Shown here one piece after another: positions 20,352 through 30,873 of a DNA stretch of 64,000 nucleotides (position 1 is the first letter of the stretch; the number at the start of each line of letters is the position of its first letter). The notes under the pieces were generated by a model, which was not told the origin of the DNA, ran no database searches, and worked only from the letters and a program-made list of their open reading frames with translations. Location of the stretch: assembly GCA_965215605.1 (NCBI GenBank), contig OZ244070.1, positions 2,208,001 through 2,272,000 of the forward strand. The letters are read 5' to 3'. The DNA comes from an uncultured Candidatus Binatia bacterium (lineage in GTDB: Bacteria; Desulfobacterota; Binatia; UBA9968; JAJDTQ01). The position numbers were made by a program, and so were the translations under genes.

Positions 20352-22436
20352 ATGGACACGTTAGAAGCATTTTACACCGGACTGGCCAATATCCTGCCGT
20401 TCTCGCCCGCCGGACAGGATCCGTTCCTGTTCATGCTCATCGGCATCGCCATCGGGTTCGTCGTGGGCATTCTGCCGGGGCTCGGGGGCGCCACGACCCT
20501 GGCGCTCATGCTGCCCTTCATCTACAAGATGGACCCCACCACCGCGTTCGCGTTCCTGCTGGGCTCCAACGCGGTGACCGCCACCACCGGGGACATCACC
20601 TCGATCCTGTTCGGGGTGCCGGGCGAGGGCATCACCGCCGCCACCATCGTCGACGGCCATCCCATGGCGAAGAAGGGCGAGGCCGGCCGCGCCTTGGGAG
20701 CCGCGCTCATGAGCTCGCTGGTGGGCGCGATCTTCGGCGCCTTCGCCCTGGCCCTGGCCATACCCATCGTCCAGCCTCTGGTGCTCTCCATCGGCTCCTC
20801 GGAGTTCTTCATGCTGGCGCTCCTGGGCATCACCTTCGTGGCGTCCCTGAGCGGCGGCAACCTCCTCAAGGGGTTGTGCACCGGCGCCCTCGGACTCGTT
20901 CTGGCCACCATCGGCCTGGATCCCATCGAGAGCGTCCCGCGGTTTACCCTCGATCCCCTCATCGGGGAAGACGCCGCGCTCTTCCTGTGGGACGGCTTGT
21001 CGCTGGTGTCGGTCACCGTGGGTCTTTTCGCCATTCCCGAGATCATCGAATTGTCGGTTCAGGGGTCGAGCATCGCGCGCCGAACCACCGGCAAGCTGGG
21101 CGGCGTCATGCAGGGCATCATGGACACCTTCCGCCACTGGAAGCTGGTGCTGGCGTGCAGCGCCATCGGTTCCTACATCGGCCTCATTCCGGGGCTCGGC
21201 GGCGGACCGGCCCAGTGGGTGGCCTACGCCCACGCGGTGCAGAGCTCGCCGGGCGACAAGGACCGCTTCGGCAAGGGGGCCATCGAGGGCGTCCTCGGAC
21301 CCGGCGCCGCCAACAACTCCAAGGAAGGCGGTTCGCTGGTCCCGACCATCGCGTTCGGGGTGCCGGGCAGCGTCTCCATGGCCATCCTGCTGGGGGCCTT
21401 CATCATCCAGGGAATCGTCCCGGGACCGGACCTGCTGGATCCGGCCAAGCACCTGAACCTGACGTTCTCGTTCGTGTGGATCATCGTCGTCTCGAACATC
21501 ATCACCGTAGCCGTGTGCCTGCTGTTCCTGAATCAGCTCGCGCGGATCACGTTCGTCAAAGGGACCTTCCTGATCCCGTTCCTCCTGCTGCTGATCTATC
21601 TGGGCGGCTTCGCCGTCAACAACGCCTTCGGCGATATGGTGATGGTGCTGATATTCGGCGCGGTGGGGTGGCTGATGGTGCGTTTCGACTGGCAGCGGCC
21701 GCCGCTGCTGCTGGGACTCGTGCTCGGCGGCATCGCGGAGAACAACCTGTTCATCGCCACCAAGGTTTACGGCGCCGGATTCGTGTTGCGGCCGGGTGTC
21801 CTGTTGATCGCGTTGCTGATTGTCGCGGGACTTTGCTACCCCATGTTCCAGGCCTGGCGGGAAAAGAAGCGGCTCGAGCGGCACGAAGCCAAGTTCGAAG
21901 TGCCGGGGGTCACCAAGACCGTCGAGGCGATCTCGCGCAACGAGCGCGTGGCATACGGCGTCTTCGCCTTGTCTTTCGTTGCGTTGTTCACCTACGTTCT
22001 GCGTGAGAGTTTCTTCGGCTTCGGCGCCGACGAGGAGCGCGCCGCGCTGTTCCCCATGATCATCGGCCTGCCGGCTTTTTTCATCAGCGTGGCGGTCTTC
22101 GTGAAGGAGATCCGCACCACCACCAGGGTCGTGGTGCACGGCGAAGAGGGCGTGGAGGAGGCGGAGGAGGAGATCTCCCCCGCCGAAACGCGCCGCCGGA
22201 CCGCAGCCATCGGCGCCTGGGTGGTGGGGTTCTTCCTCTCCATATGGCTGATCGGATTCGTGTGGTCGTCACTGGTGGCGACGTTCCTCTACCTCAAGCT
22301 CGGCGCCCGTGAGGGCTGGCTGATCACCGTCATCCTGACGGCGGTGGCGTATGCGTTCTTCGCCGGCGTCTTCGATTTGTTGCTCCACCTGCCCTTTCCG
22401 CCCGGCGACCTGTTCGTCTGGCTGGGACTTGATTGA
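20352..22436 (+). CDS. Tripartite tricarboxylate transporter permease TctA with C-terminal TctB-like fusion
   Basis: GILPGLG, TIVDGHPMAKKGEAGRAL, AANNSKEGGSLVPTIAFGVPGS; extra ~170 aa with 4 TM ending LHLPFPPG. Confidence 0.88.
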   Translation: MDTLEAFYTGLANILPFSPAGQDPFLFMLIGIAIGFVVGILPGLGGATTLALMLPFIYKMDPTTAFAFLLGSNAVTATTGDITSILFGVPGEGITAATIVDGHPMAKKGEAGRALGAALMSSLVGAIFGAFALALAIPIVQPLVLSIGSSEFFMLALLGITFVASLSGGNLLKGLCTGALGLVLATIGLDPIESVPRFTLDPLIGEDAALFLWDGLSLVSVTVGLFAIPEIIELSVQGSSIARRTTGKLGGVMQGIMDTFRHWKLVLACSAIGSYIGLIPGLGGGPAQWVAYAHAVQSSPGDKDRFGKGAIEGVLGPGAANNSKEGGSLVPTIAFGVPGSVSMAILLGAFIIQGIVPGPDLLDPAKHLNLTFSFVWIIVVSNIITVAVCLLFLNQLARITFVKGTFLIPFLLLLIYLGGFAVNNAFGDMVMVLIFGAVGWLMVRFDWQRPPLLLGLVLGGIAENNLFIATKVYGAGFVLRPGVLLIALLIVAGLCYPMFQAWREKKRLERHEAKFEVPGVTKTVEAISRNERVAYGVFALSFVALFTYVLRESFFGFGADEERAALFPMIIGLPAFFISVAVFVKEIRTTTRVVVHGEEGVEEAEEEISPAETRRRTAAIGAWVVGFFLSIWLIGFVWSSLVATFLYLKLGAREGWLITVILTAVAYAFFAGVFDLLLHLPFPPGDLFVWLGLD

Positions 22437-22541
22437 GACTCCGGAGGAAGCGACACGAAGGTGGCTCCCTCCGGGCTTCCCCCGGACGGTTCCCGGGTGG
22501 GCGTGTTGACCCGGTCCGGGGCGTCGGATAGGGTTTAAGGT

Positions 22542-23912
22542 ATGCGGACGCCTCTCTACCGTCTCGCCGTGGTGTCGGTGGTTGCCTGCTTCGCCACGGC
22601 AGGTCTCGGCGCGCCGGCGGCCCACGCCCTTTCGCAGCAGGAGGAGATCCGCATCAGCCGCGAGTTCCGGCAGCAGGCCCGGCAGCACCTCAAGTTTGTC
22701 GAGGATCCCGAGGTCGAGTTGTATGTGGACGGTATGGCCCGCCGCATCCTCGAAGCCGTCGGCAACATCCGATACCCCTACCGTTTCTTCGTCATCCAGG
22801 ACGACTCCATGAACGCGTTCGCGGTGCCGGGAGGGAGCATCTTCCTTCACTCGGGCCTGATTGAACGCGTGGAGACCTCGGACGAGTTGGCGTCGGTGGT
22901 CGCCCATGAGATCGTGCACGTCAACGCGCGGCATTTCGCCAGCCTGTCCTCCTCTTCCGACACGGCCATGCTGGTGGGGGTGCTTGGTGTGTTCCTGGCC
23001 CCGGTCCTGGGCCCCGCGGCGCTGGCCGGCCCCGCCGTCGCCATGAGCCGGCAACTCGAGTTCAGCCGGCAGATGGAAGAGCAGGCCGACAACCTGGGCG
23101 TCTCCTACCTCGCACGCGCCGGCTACGATCCCCAGGCCGCGGTGGATTTCATGAACCGGCTGTATCAAGAACGGATACTGAACCCCGTGGGAAGACCTCC
23201 CTACCTGATGACCCACCCCTTGACGGACAAACGGATCGGCAATCTGGTGGCCTCGATACGGACCCGCGGACTGAAGCGCCCGCGCTTCAGGGAGGGCGAC
23301 GAGATCCACCGCGTCAAGCTGGTGATCGAGTTGCGGAACGATCCGCAGGCGGTGGTGGAACGGTTGCAGAAGGCCCACGACAGGCATCCGGAGGCGGCCA
23401 TGCCCACCTACTCGCTGGGCATCGGCTATGCCGCCACCGGCCGGTGGGTGCGCGCGAGGGACATGCTGGAGCGGGCGGCGCGGTTGAAGCCGGCCATCCC
23501 GAACCTCGACCGGGACCTCGGACGGACGTACATCCATACGGAAGAGTTTGCCAAGGCCCACGCGGCATTCGACCGCATGTTGAAGCGCAAGCCCGACGAT
23601 CCCATCACCCACCTGTACCGAGGTCAGCTCTTCGGAAAGGAGGCTCGCTTCCGTCAAGCGGCGGATGCCTATCTCCGGGTGCGCCGGTTCGCCCCTTCCT
23701 GGCCGGAGGCCGCCCGGAGGCTGGGCTATGCCTACCGCAAGCTGAACCAGCCGGGGAAAGCGCACTACCATCTGGCGCAGTCGTACCTGTTGCGGGACGA
23801 GATCGGCAAGGCCATCGATTCGCTGGAGCGAGCCGCCCGGCATTACGAGCCGGACTCTCCCAGGCTGCAGGTTATCGAGGACGAAATCGCGGCCATACGC
23901 GCCGGCGGTTGA
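22542..23912 (+). CDS. M48 family metalloprotease with TPR repeats (BepA/YfgC-like)
   Basis: NAFAVPGG, AHEIVH, FSRQMEEQAD, YLMTHP, C-terminal TPRs. Confidence 0.9.
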   Translation: MRTPLYRLAVVSVVACFATAGLGAPAAHALSQQEEIRISREFRQQARQHLKFVEDPEVELYVDGMARRILEAVGNIRYPYRFFVIQDDSMNAFAVPGGSIFLHSGLIERVETSDELASVVAHEIVHVNARHFASLSSSSDTAMLVGVLGVFLAPVLGPAALAGPAVAMSRQLEFSRQMEEQADNLGVSYLARAGYDPQAAVDFMNRLYQERILNPVGRPPYLMTHPLTDKRIGNLVASIRTRGLKRPRFREGDEIHRVKLVIELRNDPQAVVERLQKAHDRHPEAAMPTYSLGIGYAATGRWVRARDMLERAARLKPAIPNLDRDLGRTYIHTEEFAKAHAAFDRMLKRKPDDPITHLYRGQLFGKEARFRQAADAYLRVRRFAPSWPEAARRLGYAYRKLNQPGKAHYHLAQSYLLRDEIGKAIDSLERAARHYEPDSPRLQVIEDEIAAIRAGG

Positions 23913-23918
23913 CCGTCC

Positions 23919-24665
23919 TCAATCGGTAAGCGCCCGCCGCAGCCGTCCGCGGGCCTGCACGTAGAGCTGGCAGGTCCTGGCTTCCGTCACCCCCAATTGC
24001 TCACCGATCTCCCGGAACTTGAGCTCCTGGTAGTGCCGCAGGGTTACCACCAGACGTTCACGTTCCGGCAGCATCGCCACCGCCCGTTTGAGCTTGTCCT
24101 CCATGTCCCGGCGCTCGACGGTATCCACGGGGTCCTCGGCATGCTCTGTGCCCCAGCCGTCCCGGTCGAGGACGAGGCTTGGTCCGGAAGCCGGGTCATC
24201 GAGGCTCAGGTGCTTCTGTTCGAGGACCCGGTGGTTGATCTTGTGGTACGTTTCCAACGGCAACTCCAGCTTGCCGGCCATCTCTTCCGAAGTGGCCTCG
24301 CGCCCCAGGCGTTCGCAGAGTTGCTGGCGCGCGGCGGTCACACGGCGTCCCCAGGCCCGGATCGAACGGCTTACCCAATCCAGCGAGCGCAGGCACTGAA
24401 TCATCTCGCCGTAGATACGGTGCCGGGCGTAGAGGTGGAACGAGACGCCCCGCTGGGGATCGTAACGCTCCAATGCCTCCAGCAGGCCCACGACCCCCGA
24501 GTTCACCAGGGATTCGAGATCGATGTTCGACGGCACCCGGCGATGGAGCTGGCGGGCCATGCGTTCGACGAGGGGAAGGCAGGCGGCGATGAGCTGTTTT
24601 CGGGAGCCGGCTTGCCCGGCCGCGGGAACCCTCCCCGGCTTGGCGCCGGCAGGCGAATCGTTCAT
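23919..24665 (-). CDS. FliA/WhiG-family (sigma-28) RNA polymerase sigma factor
   Basis: LPLVERMA, GVVGLLEALERYDPQRG, LRSLDWVSRSIR, LPERERLVVTL...EIGEQLGVTEARTCQL. Confidence 0.88.
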   Translation of the reverse strand: MNDSPAGAKPGRVPAAGQAGSRKQLIAACLPLVERMARQLHRRVPSNIDLESLVNSGVVGLLEALERYDPQRGVSFHLYARHRIYGEMIQCLRSLDWVSRSIRAWGRRVTAARQQLCERLGREATSEEMAGKLELPLETYHKINHRVLEQKHLSLDDPASGPSLVLDRDGWGTEHAEDPVDTVERRDMEDKLKRAVAMLPERERLVVTLRHYQELKFREIGEQLGVTEARTCQLYVQARGRLRRALTD

Positions 24666-24844
24666 GGCGACACGAGAGCGCAAGGCCCGTGCCAGCCGCC
24701 ATGAGAGGCGAAGAATCCTGTGCCTACGGCAGGTTGGCGAGAGTGGGTCCGTCCTCCCGCCGGGGCCGAGTGTCAACGACCGGGAGAGAAGGCGTCATCC
24801 GGTTGGCGCTTTTCCGGGACGGCGAGGCCGGCAAACCGCTGGCG

Positions 24845-27247
24845 CTAGCGGTAGAGCTCGATCAGCTCCACCAAACCCAGGGCGCGCATTTCGCCGAACA
24901 GATAGCGTTTGATCTGGTCGACACGGTCCATCTGGAGAGCCGCCCGCCCGATGTCGAGCGCGGTCTCGTAGCTGACCGAGCGCACCAGCTTCCGGACCAC
25001 GGGGATGGACAGCGACTCCATGCTGAACTCCTCGATGCCCATGCCCACCAACAGCAGCGTCGACAACGGGTCCGCGGCCATCTCTCCGCACATGGCGACG
25101 CGCTTGCCCTTGTCCCTTGCGGCGCGGATGACCTGGTTCAGGGCGGCGAGCACCGCCGGGTGAAAGGGCTCGTAGAGGGGCGCCACCTTCCGATTCCCCC
25201 GGTCCACGGCCAGGAGGTACTGGATCAGGTCGTTGGTGCCGATGCTGACGAAATCCACCTCTTCCACCAACCGGTGCGCCACCTGCACCGCCGAGGGCAC
25301 CTCGACCATGATCCCCAGCTCCATGTCGGCATCGAAGGGTACGTGGTTGCGGGCGAGACAGGCTTTTGCTTCCCGCAGCATGGTCTTGACCCGGAGGATC
25401 TCCTCCAGACTCGAGACCATGGGGATCAGGAGACGCACCGGCCCCAGCGCGCCCGCGTGCAGGATGGCCCGGAGCTGCATCTGGAAGGTCTCGGACGCCT
25501 CCAGGGAAACGCGGATGGAACGCCACCCGAGGAACGGATTGGACTCGGCGCGGGCGATGCTCACGTACGGGGGGTATTTGTCCGCGCCGATATCGAGGGT
25601 GCGGATGGTGACCGGCTTGCCGCCCATGCCTTCCACCACCTTTTGGTAGAGGGCGAACTGCTGCGCCTCGGTGGGGAAATCGTGATAGGCGAGAAACGGA
25701 ATCTCGGTCCGGTACAGGCCGATGCCCTCGGCGCCGTGGTTCTGCGCGAACCGGATGTCCGTCAGCAGCCCCATATTGGCGAATAGCCCGACCCGGTGGC
25801 CGTCGGTGGTTTCGGCCGGCAGGTCCCGCATCTCGTCGAGCTCCCGGTTGACGGCGAGATAATGGCGCTCCAGCCGGTCATACTCGCCGACGATGTCGTT
25901 GTTGGGGTTGACGAAGATCACCCCGGAGTTGCCGTCGACGATCAGCGAGTCCTCTTTCCGGACGCTTTCCAGCAATCCCTCCGCCGCCACCACGGTAGGG
26001 ATCTCGAAGGACTTGGCCAGCAGCGACGCGTGGGAGGTAACGCCCCCGGTGGCCAGCACGATGCCCTGGAACCGTTCGCGTTCGATGAGGGCCAGATCCG
26101 CCGGAGAGAGGTCTTCCGCCACCAGAATGGCGCCTCCGTCCGGAACCACGAGCCGCCTGTCGTCGAAGCCGGTCAGGTTGTCCAGCAGCCTCTGGGCGAC
26201 GTCACGGATGTCCGCCGTGCGTTCCTTCAGGTACCGGTCGCCGACCTCGCTGACGGTCTTCACGTGCCGGCGGAAGATGCTGCTTACGGCATAATAGGCG
26301 GTGAGGTGTTCCTGAACGATGCGGCTCTCGATCTGCTGCTGCAGCACCGGGTCGTTCAGCAACATCCGGTGCACGTCGAAGATCGCCCCGGCCTCGTCGG
26401 AGATGAGGGCGATCATGCGGGTCTTGATGGCCTCCACCTGGCCCACGGCCTGTTGCACCGCGGAGCGAAAGCGCTCCAGCTCACCCTGCGGATCGCCCGT
26501 GTGGGTCTTCTGGATGGCCCCCAGGTCCACGCGACGTTGCATGATGTGGACCTTGCCGTAGGCAAAGCCGGGGCAGGCCGCCAGCCCGGTCAGCCGGCTG
26601 CGGAACTTTCTCTGGGGCTCGGTGGTGCGTTCCTTGCCCCGCCCTTCGTATGACCTCAGCCGCCGCAGCGCGTTGACCATCCGTTGCCGGGACTGCTTGC
26701 GCTCGCGCTCCTTGTCCTTGAGCGAGTCCACCAGCCGGGCGTGCACGATAATGGTGGAAACCTGGGCCGAGATGGCCTTCAGGAGCCGCACCTCGTCCTG
26801 GGTGAACTCGCGCGGACGGGAGGTCTGCACCACCAGTACGCCGATGGGCGTCTTGCGGGCGTGGATGGGGACGCCGAAGAAGGAGTGGTAGCGCTCTTCG
26901 CCGGTTTCCGGGAAGTACAGGAAGCGCGGATGCGAGGGGGCGTCCATGACCATCACCGGCTCCCGCGTCTCCACCACCAATCCCGCCAGACCTTCGCCCA
27001 CCGTCATGGAGACGCGGCCCACGGCCACGGTATCCAGGCCTTGCGTGGCGCTGAGAGTGAGCCTCCCGCTGTCGGCGTCGAGGAGGTAGACCGAGCACAC
27101 CTCGGTCTGCATGCGCTGGGCCACGATCCCCGCGATGCTGTTGAGGCACCCCTGCAGGTCCTCGGCCTGGTCGACGAACCGACTGATCTCTTCCAGCGTG
27201 ACCAGATGGGAGGCGTCCTCGGTGGCGATGTCGGGGATGTTGGCCAT
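24845..27247 (-). CDS. ptsP: GAF-domain phosphoenolpyruvate-protein phosphotransferase (EI-Ntr)
   Basis: N-terminal GAF ([10 protein letters not shown]), GGVTSHAS phospho-His, [18 protein letters not shown]. Confidence 0.95.
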   Translation of the reverse strand: MANIPDIATEDASHLVTLEEISRFVDQAEDLQGCLNSIAGIVAQRMQTEVCSVYLLDADSGRLTLSATQGLDTVAVGRVSMTVGEGLAGLVVETREPVMVMDAPSHPRFLYFPETGEERYHSFFGVPIHARKTPIGVLVVQTSRPREFTQDEVRLLKAISAQVSTIIVHARLVDSLKDKERERKQSRQRMVNALRRLRSYEGRGKERTTEPQRKFRSRLTGLAACPGFAYGKVHIMQRRVDLGAIQKTHTGDPQGELERFRSAVQQAVGQVEAIKTRMIALISDEAGAIFDVHRMLLNDPVLQQQIESRIVQEHLTAYYAVSSIFRRHVKTVSEVGDRYLKERTADIRDVAQRLLDNLTGFDDRRLVVPDGGAILVAEDLSPADLALIERERFQGIVLATGGVTSHASLLAKSFEIPTVVAAEGLLESVRKEDSLIVDGNSGVIFVNPNNDIVGEYDRLERHYLAVNRELDEMRDLPAETTDGHRVGLFANMGLLTDIRFAQNHGAEGIGLYRTEIPFLAYHDFPTEAQQFALYQKVVEGMGGKPVTIRTLDIGADKYPPYVSIARAESNPFLGWRSIRVSLEASETFQMQLRAILHAGALGPVRLLIPMVSSLEEILRVKTMLREAKACLARNHVPFDADMELGIMVEVPSAVQVAHRLVEEVDFVSIGTNDLIQYLLAVDRGNRKVAPLYEPFHPAVLAALNQVIRAARDKGKRVAMCGEMAADPLSTLLLVGMGIEEFSMESLSIPVVRKLVRSVSYETALDIGRAALQMDRVDQIKRYLFGEMRALGLVELIELYR

Positions 27248-27344
27248 GCCCCATTCTAAGGGGTTCGCGGGCCGATCACAATTCGAGAGGCCGGGTTCCC
27301 GAGGCCGATTTGACCCGTTTTGGGGCAGATGTTACGTTGCCCCG

Positions 27345-27944
27345 ATGTCCACTCAACGGTCCATTGACGCCATGGAAACAGGGCCGGATGCCCTGGAGGG
27401 GCACGTTCGAGCCATCCTCGAGGCCCTCGGGGAAGACCCCGACAGGGAGGGCCTCGAGAAGACCCCGGCGCGGGTGGCGGCGGCGTTGACGTTCCTCACC
27501 AGCGGCTATCGCGAGGACCCCGACATCATCATCAACGGCGCGCTGTTCACCGAGGACTACCAGGAGATGATCGTCGAGAAGGACATCGACTTCCATTCCC
27601 TCTGCGAGCATCACATGCTGCCGTTTCACGGCAAGGCCCACGTGGCCTACATACCGCGCCACAAGATCGTCGGCGTCTCCAAGCTGGCGCGGCTGGTGGA
27701 CGCCTATGCGCACCGCCTGCAGGTGCAGGAGCGGCTCACCAACCAGATCGCGCAGACCATCATGGAACGCATCGATCCTCTCGGGGCCGCGGTGGTGATG
27801 GAAGCGGAGCACATGTGCATGCGCATGCGCGGCGTACAGAAGCAGAACTCCACCATCATCACGAGCGCTCTGCTGGGAGCCTTCCGGACGCAGGAGAAGA
27901 CCCGCGCCGAGTTCATGACCTTCGTCCGCGGTCACCGCTTCTGA
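27345..27944 (+). CDS. folE: GTP cyclohydrolase I
   Basis: [44 protein letters not shown]. Confidence 0.96.
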   Translation: MSTQRSIDAMETGPDALEGHVRAILEALGEDPDREGLEKTPARVAAALTFLTSGYREDPDIIINGALFTEDYQEMIVEKDIDFHSLCEHHMLPFHGKAHVAYIPRHKIVGVSKLARLVDAYAHRLQVQERLTNQIAQTIMERIDPLGAAVVMEAEHMCMRMRGVQKQNSTIITSALLGAFRTQEKTRAEFMTFVRGHRF

Positions 27945-27947
27945 CTC

Positions 27948-29438
27948 ATGTCCATCGAGATCAAGATCAGGGAGATCGCCCCGGCACGGGTCCAGACGGC
28001 GTTGCTGGCCATCCCCGTCACCGACAAGGGCCTGGAGGAGAGTCCGGCAAAGCGGCTCGACCGCAAGCTCAAGGGGCAGCTCGAAGCTCTGGTGAAGAAG
28101 AGCAGCTTTGCCGCCAAGCGCGGCACGGCCCTGTTGCTGGCCACCCACGGCGCCATGCCCGCGGGCCACGTCCTGCTGGTGGGCTTGGGGGAGCAGGATG
28201 AAGCGGGGCCGCATGCCTGGCGCACGGCCGGCGCCGTCACCGCCAGGGAGGCCGGCCGGGTCTGGGCCGACGACGCCGTGTTCATGCTGCCGGCGGACCA
28301 GCAGACGGGCGCCGTCGTGGAGGCGGTGGCCGAGGGGGCCCTCCTCAGTGCCTATCGATTCAACAAGTACCGGTCCAAGGACCCTGCGCCGGGAGGTCTG
28401 CGCAGGCTGATCGTGGGACGGACCGCGTCCGGCCGGAGCGCCGCCTTGACCCGGGCGGTGCGGCGGGCCAGGGTCTCGGTGTCGGCCATCTGCCTGGCCA
28501 GGGACCTGGTGAACGAGCCGGCTTCCACCGCCACCGCCAGCTATCTGGCGGAGCAGGCCGTTTCCCATTGCCGCGGGGAGGGGCTCAAGGTGGAGGTGTG
28601 GGGCAAGCGCAAGATCCAGCAGACGAAGCTGGCGGGTCTTCTGGCGGTCAACCAGGGTAGCCGGGAGGAGCCGCGTTTCCTCCACATCCGCTACAAGCCC
28701 AAGACGAAGCCCCGGCGGAAGGTGGCCCTCATCGGCAAGGGAATCACCTTCGATTCCGGCGGACTCTCGCTCAAGCCGCCGCGTTCCATGGAAACCATGA
28801 AGCTGGACATGGCGGGGGGCGCCGCGGTCATCGCGGTGATGAGCGCGCTCCCGGAGCTGGCCCCGGACGTCGAGGTCGTGGGGCTGGTGCCGGCCACGGA
28901 CAACCTGCCTGACGGCGGCGCGCAGAAACCGGGGGATGTCATACGGTATCTCAACGGCAAGACCGTCGAGGTCATGAACACCGACGCCGAGGGCCGTCTC
29001 ATTCTGGCCGACGCACTGGTGCTGGCGGCGCGGGAAAAACCCGACTGCATGATCAATCTGGCCACCCTCACGGGCGCCTGCATCGTCGCCCTGGGCAACG
29101 AGTTGGCGGGGCTCTTCTGCAACGATGGAGAGCTCGCCGAAGAACTCGTGGCCTGTGGCCGGGACGCGGGTGAGGGTCTATGGCGGTTGCCTCTGGCAGC
29201 CGAATACCGCGAGGACATCAAGAGTCAGGTCGCGGACATCAAGAACGTCGGCGGCGGTTCGGCCGGAGCCATCACGGCGGCGTTGTTTCTGCAGGAGTTC
29301 GTTGACAAGGTTCCCTGGGCGCACCTGGACATCGCGGGTCCCGCGTTCGCCGCCAAGGACCGCGTGACCTGCCCGAAGGGAGGAACGGGGTTCGGTGTCC
29401 GTACCCTGTTGAACTTTCTCTCCGCCGCCGGAGAATAG
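27948..29438 (+). CDS. pepA: Leucyl aminopeptidase (M17)
   Basis: GKGITFDSGGLSLK, MKLDMAGGA, NTDAEGRLILADAL, WAHLDIAG. Confidence 0.95.
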   Translation: MSIEIKIREIAPARVQTALLAIPVTDKGLEESPAKRLDRKLKGQLEALVKKSSFAAKRGTALLLATHGAMPAGHVLLVGLGEQDEAGPHAWRTAGAVTAREAGRVWADDAVFMLPADQQTGAVVEAVAEGALLSAYRFNKYRSKDPAPGGLRRLIVGRTASGRSAALTRAVRRARVSVSAICLARDLVNEPASTATASYLAEQAVSHCRGEGLKVEVWGKRKIQQTKLAGLLAVNQGSREEPRFLHIRYKPKTKPRRKVALIGKGITFDSGGLSLKPPRSMETMKLDMAGGAAVIAVMSALPELAPDVEVVGLVPATDNLPDGGAQKPGDVIRYLNGKTVEVMNTDAEGRLILADALVLAAREKPDCMINLATLTGACIVALGNELAGLFCNDGELAEELVACGRDAGEGLWRLPLAAEYREDIKSQVADIKNVGGGSAGAITAALFLQEFVDKVPWAHLDIAGPAFAAKDRVTCPKGGTGFGVRTLLNFLSAAGE

Positions 29439-29451
29439 GAGACACGCAGCC

Positions 29452-29775
29452 ATGGCCATTTCCCACGTTGGAGACACCGAGTTCGAAACGGAAGTGATCG
29501 GCGCGCCCATACCCGTCCTGGTGGATTTCTGGGCTCCCTGGTGCGGCCCGTGCAAGTCCATTGCGCCGGTGCTGGAAGAGCTGGCCGAAGAGTATGACGG
29601 CCGGCTCAAGGTGGTGAAGATCAACGTCGACGAAAACCCCGAGACTCCCACCCGCTACGGCGTCCGCGGCATTCCGAACCTCATGATCTTCAAGGAAGGC
29701 GGCCTCGCGGGGCAGATCGTGGGCGCGGCGCCCAAAACCAGGCTGGTGAGCGAGATCGACAAGGCGCTGGGGTAA
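29452..29775 (+). CDS. trxA: Thioredoxin
   Basis: VDFWAPWCGPCK. Confidence 0.96.
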   Translation: MAISHVGDTEFETEVIGAPIPVLVDFWAPWCGPCKSIAPVLEELAEEYDGRLKVVKINVDENPETPTRYGVRGIPNLMIFKEGGLAGQIVGAAPKTRLVSEIDKALG

Positions 29776-30873
29776 TCAGCGCGCGTAGCGCCTCATGCTC
29801 ACGCTGATGAGCACGCCCACGGCTATCAGGGTGGTGACGAGTGAGGAGCCGCCGTAGCTGATGAGCGGCAACGGAATCCCCACCACGGGCACGAGTCCGG
29901 TCACCATGCCGATGTTGATGGTGAACTGCGAGAACAGAATCGCCGCCATTCCCGTGGCCAACAGCACTCCGAGACGGTCCTGAGCCCGCCTTACCACCCT
30001 GAGCGTGAGAAGAATGAGCAAGGCGTAGGCGGCCAGCAGCGCCACACAGCCCGAGAAGCCCCACTCCTCGGCGAACACGGCGAAGACGAAGTCCGTGTGT
30101 TGCTCGGGAAGGAACTCCAGCCGGTTCTGGCTGCCCTGCAGATAACCCGTGCCCCAAAGACGGCCCGAGCCGATGGCGATCTTGGACTGGACGACGTGGT
30201 AGCCGGCGCCGAGGGGGTCCGACTCCGGGTTCATGAAGGTCCAGATGCGGGTTTTCTGATACGGCTTCAGGAACTGCCAGGCCGCCGGCAGGGCGGCGAT
30301 GGCGACGATGGTGAGGTACAGCAGGGACCGTACGCGCAGTCCGGACATGACGATCACGACCATGGCGATGAGAAAGATGACGCCGGCGGTTCCCAAGTCC
30401 GGCTGCAGCAGCACGAGCCCCACCACCGGCGCGCTCAGCAGCAGCGGCACCCCGAGATCCATCAGGGAATACCCCGGCTCGTAGTAGCACAGCGTCTTGG
30501 CCAGCACGAGCACGAGGATAAGCTTGGCCGGTTCCGAGGGCTGGAGCGCGAAGAATCTCAGGTCGAGCCATCGCTGGGAGCCGCCGCTGGTGATGCCGAT
30601 GATCAGCACCAGGGCCAGGAGAATCACGACCGCGATGTAGACGGGGTAGGCCCAGTGGGCCAGTCGCTGGTAGTCCACGGAAAACGTGGCCACCATCATC
30701 GCCAGGCCGATGACGAGCCAGTAGGACTGTCGGGTGGCCAGATAGCGCGAGCACTCTTCGTTGACGCTGCAGGTGGCGCTGTAGATGGTCACGATGCCCA
30801 CCAGCGCCAGCGCCACGGTAAGCGTACACAGCGGCCAGTCGAAGCTGGAGACGAGCCGGCGATCAATCTGCAT
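29776..30873 (-). CDS. rodA: Rod shape-determining protein RodA
   Basis: QPSEPAK, QPDLGTA, QSKIAIGSG, LPEQHTDF, PLISYGGSS. Confidence 0.95.
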   Translation of the reverse strand: MQIDRRLVSSFDWPLCTLTVALALVGIVTIYSATCSVNEECSRYLATRQSYWLVIGLAMMVATFSVDYQRLAHWAYPVYIAVVILLALVLIIGITSGGSQRWLDLRFFALQPSEPAKLILVLVLAKTLCYYEPGYSLMDLGVPLLLSAPVVGLVLLQPDLGTAGVIFLIAMVVIVMSGLRVRSLLYLTIVAIAALPAAWQFLKPYQKTRIWTFMNPESDPLGAGYHVVQSKIAIGSGRLWGTGYLQGSQNRLEFLPEQHTDFVFAVFAEEWGFSGCVALLAAYALLILLTLRVVRRAQDRLGVLLATGMAAILFSQFTINIGMVTGLVPVVGIPLPLISYGGSSLVTTLIAVGVLISVSMRRYAR

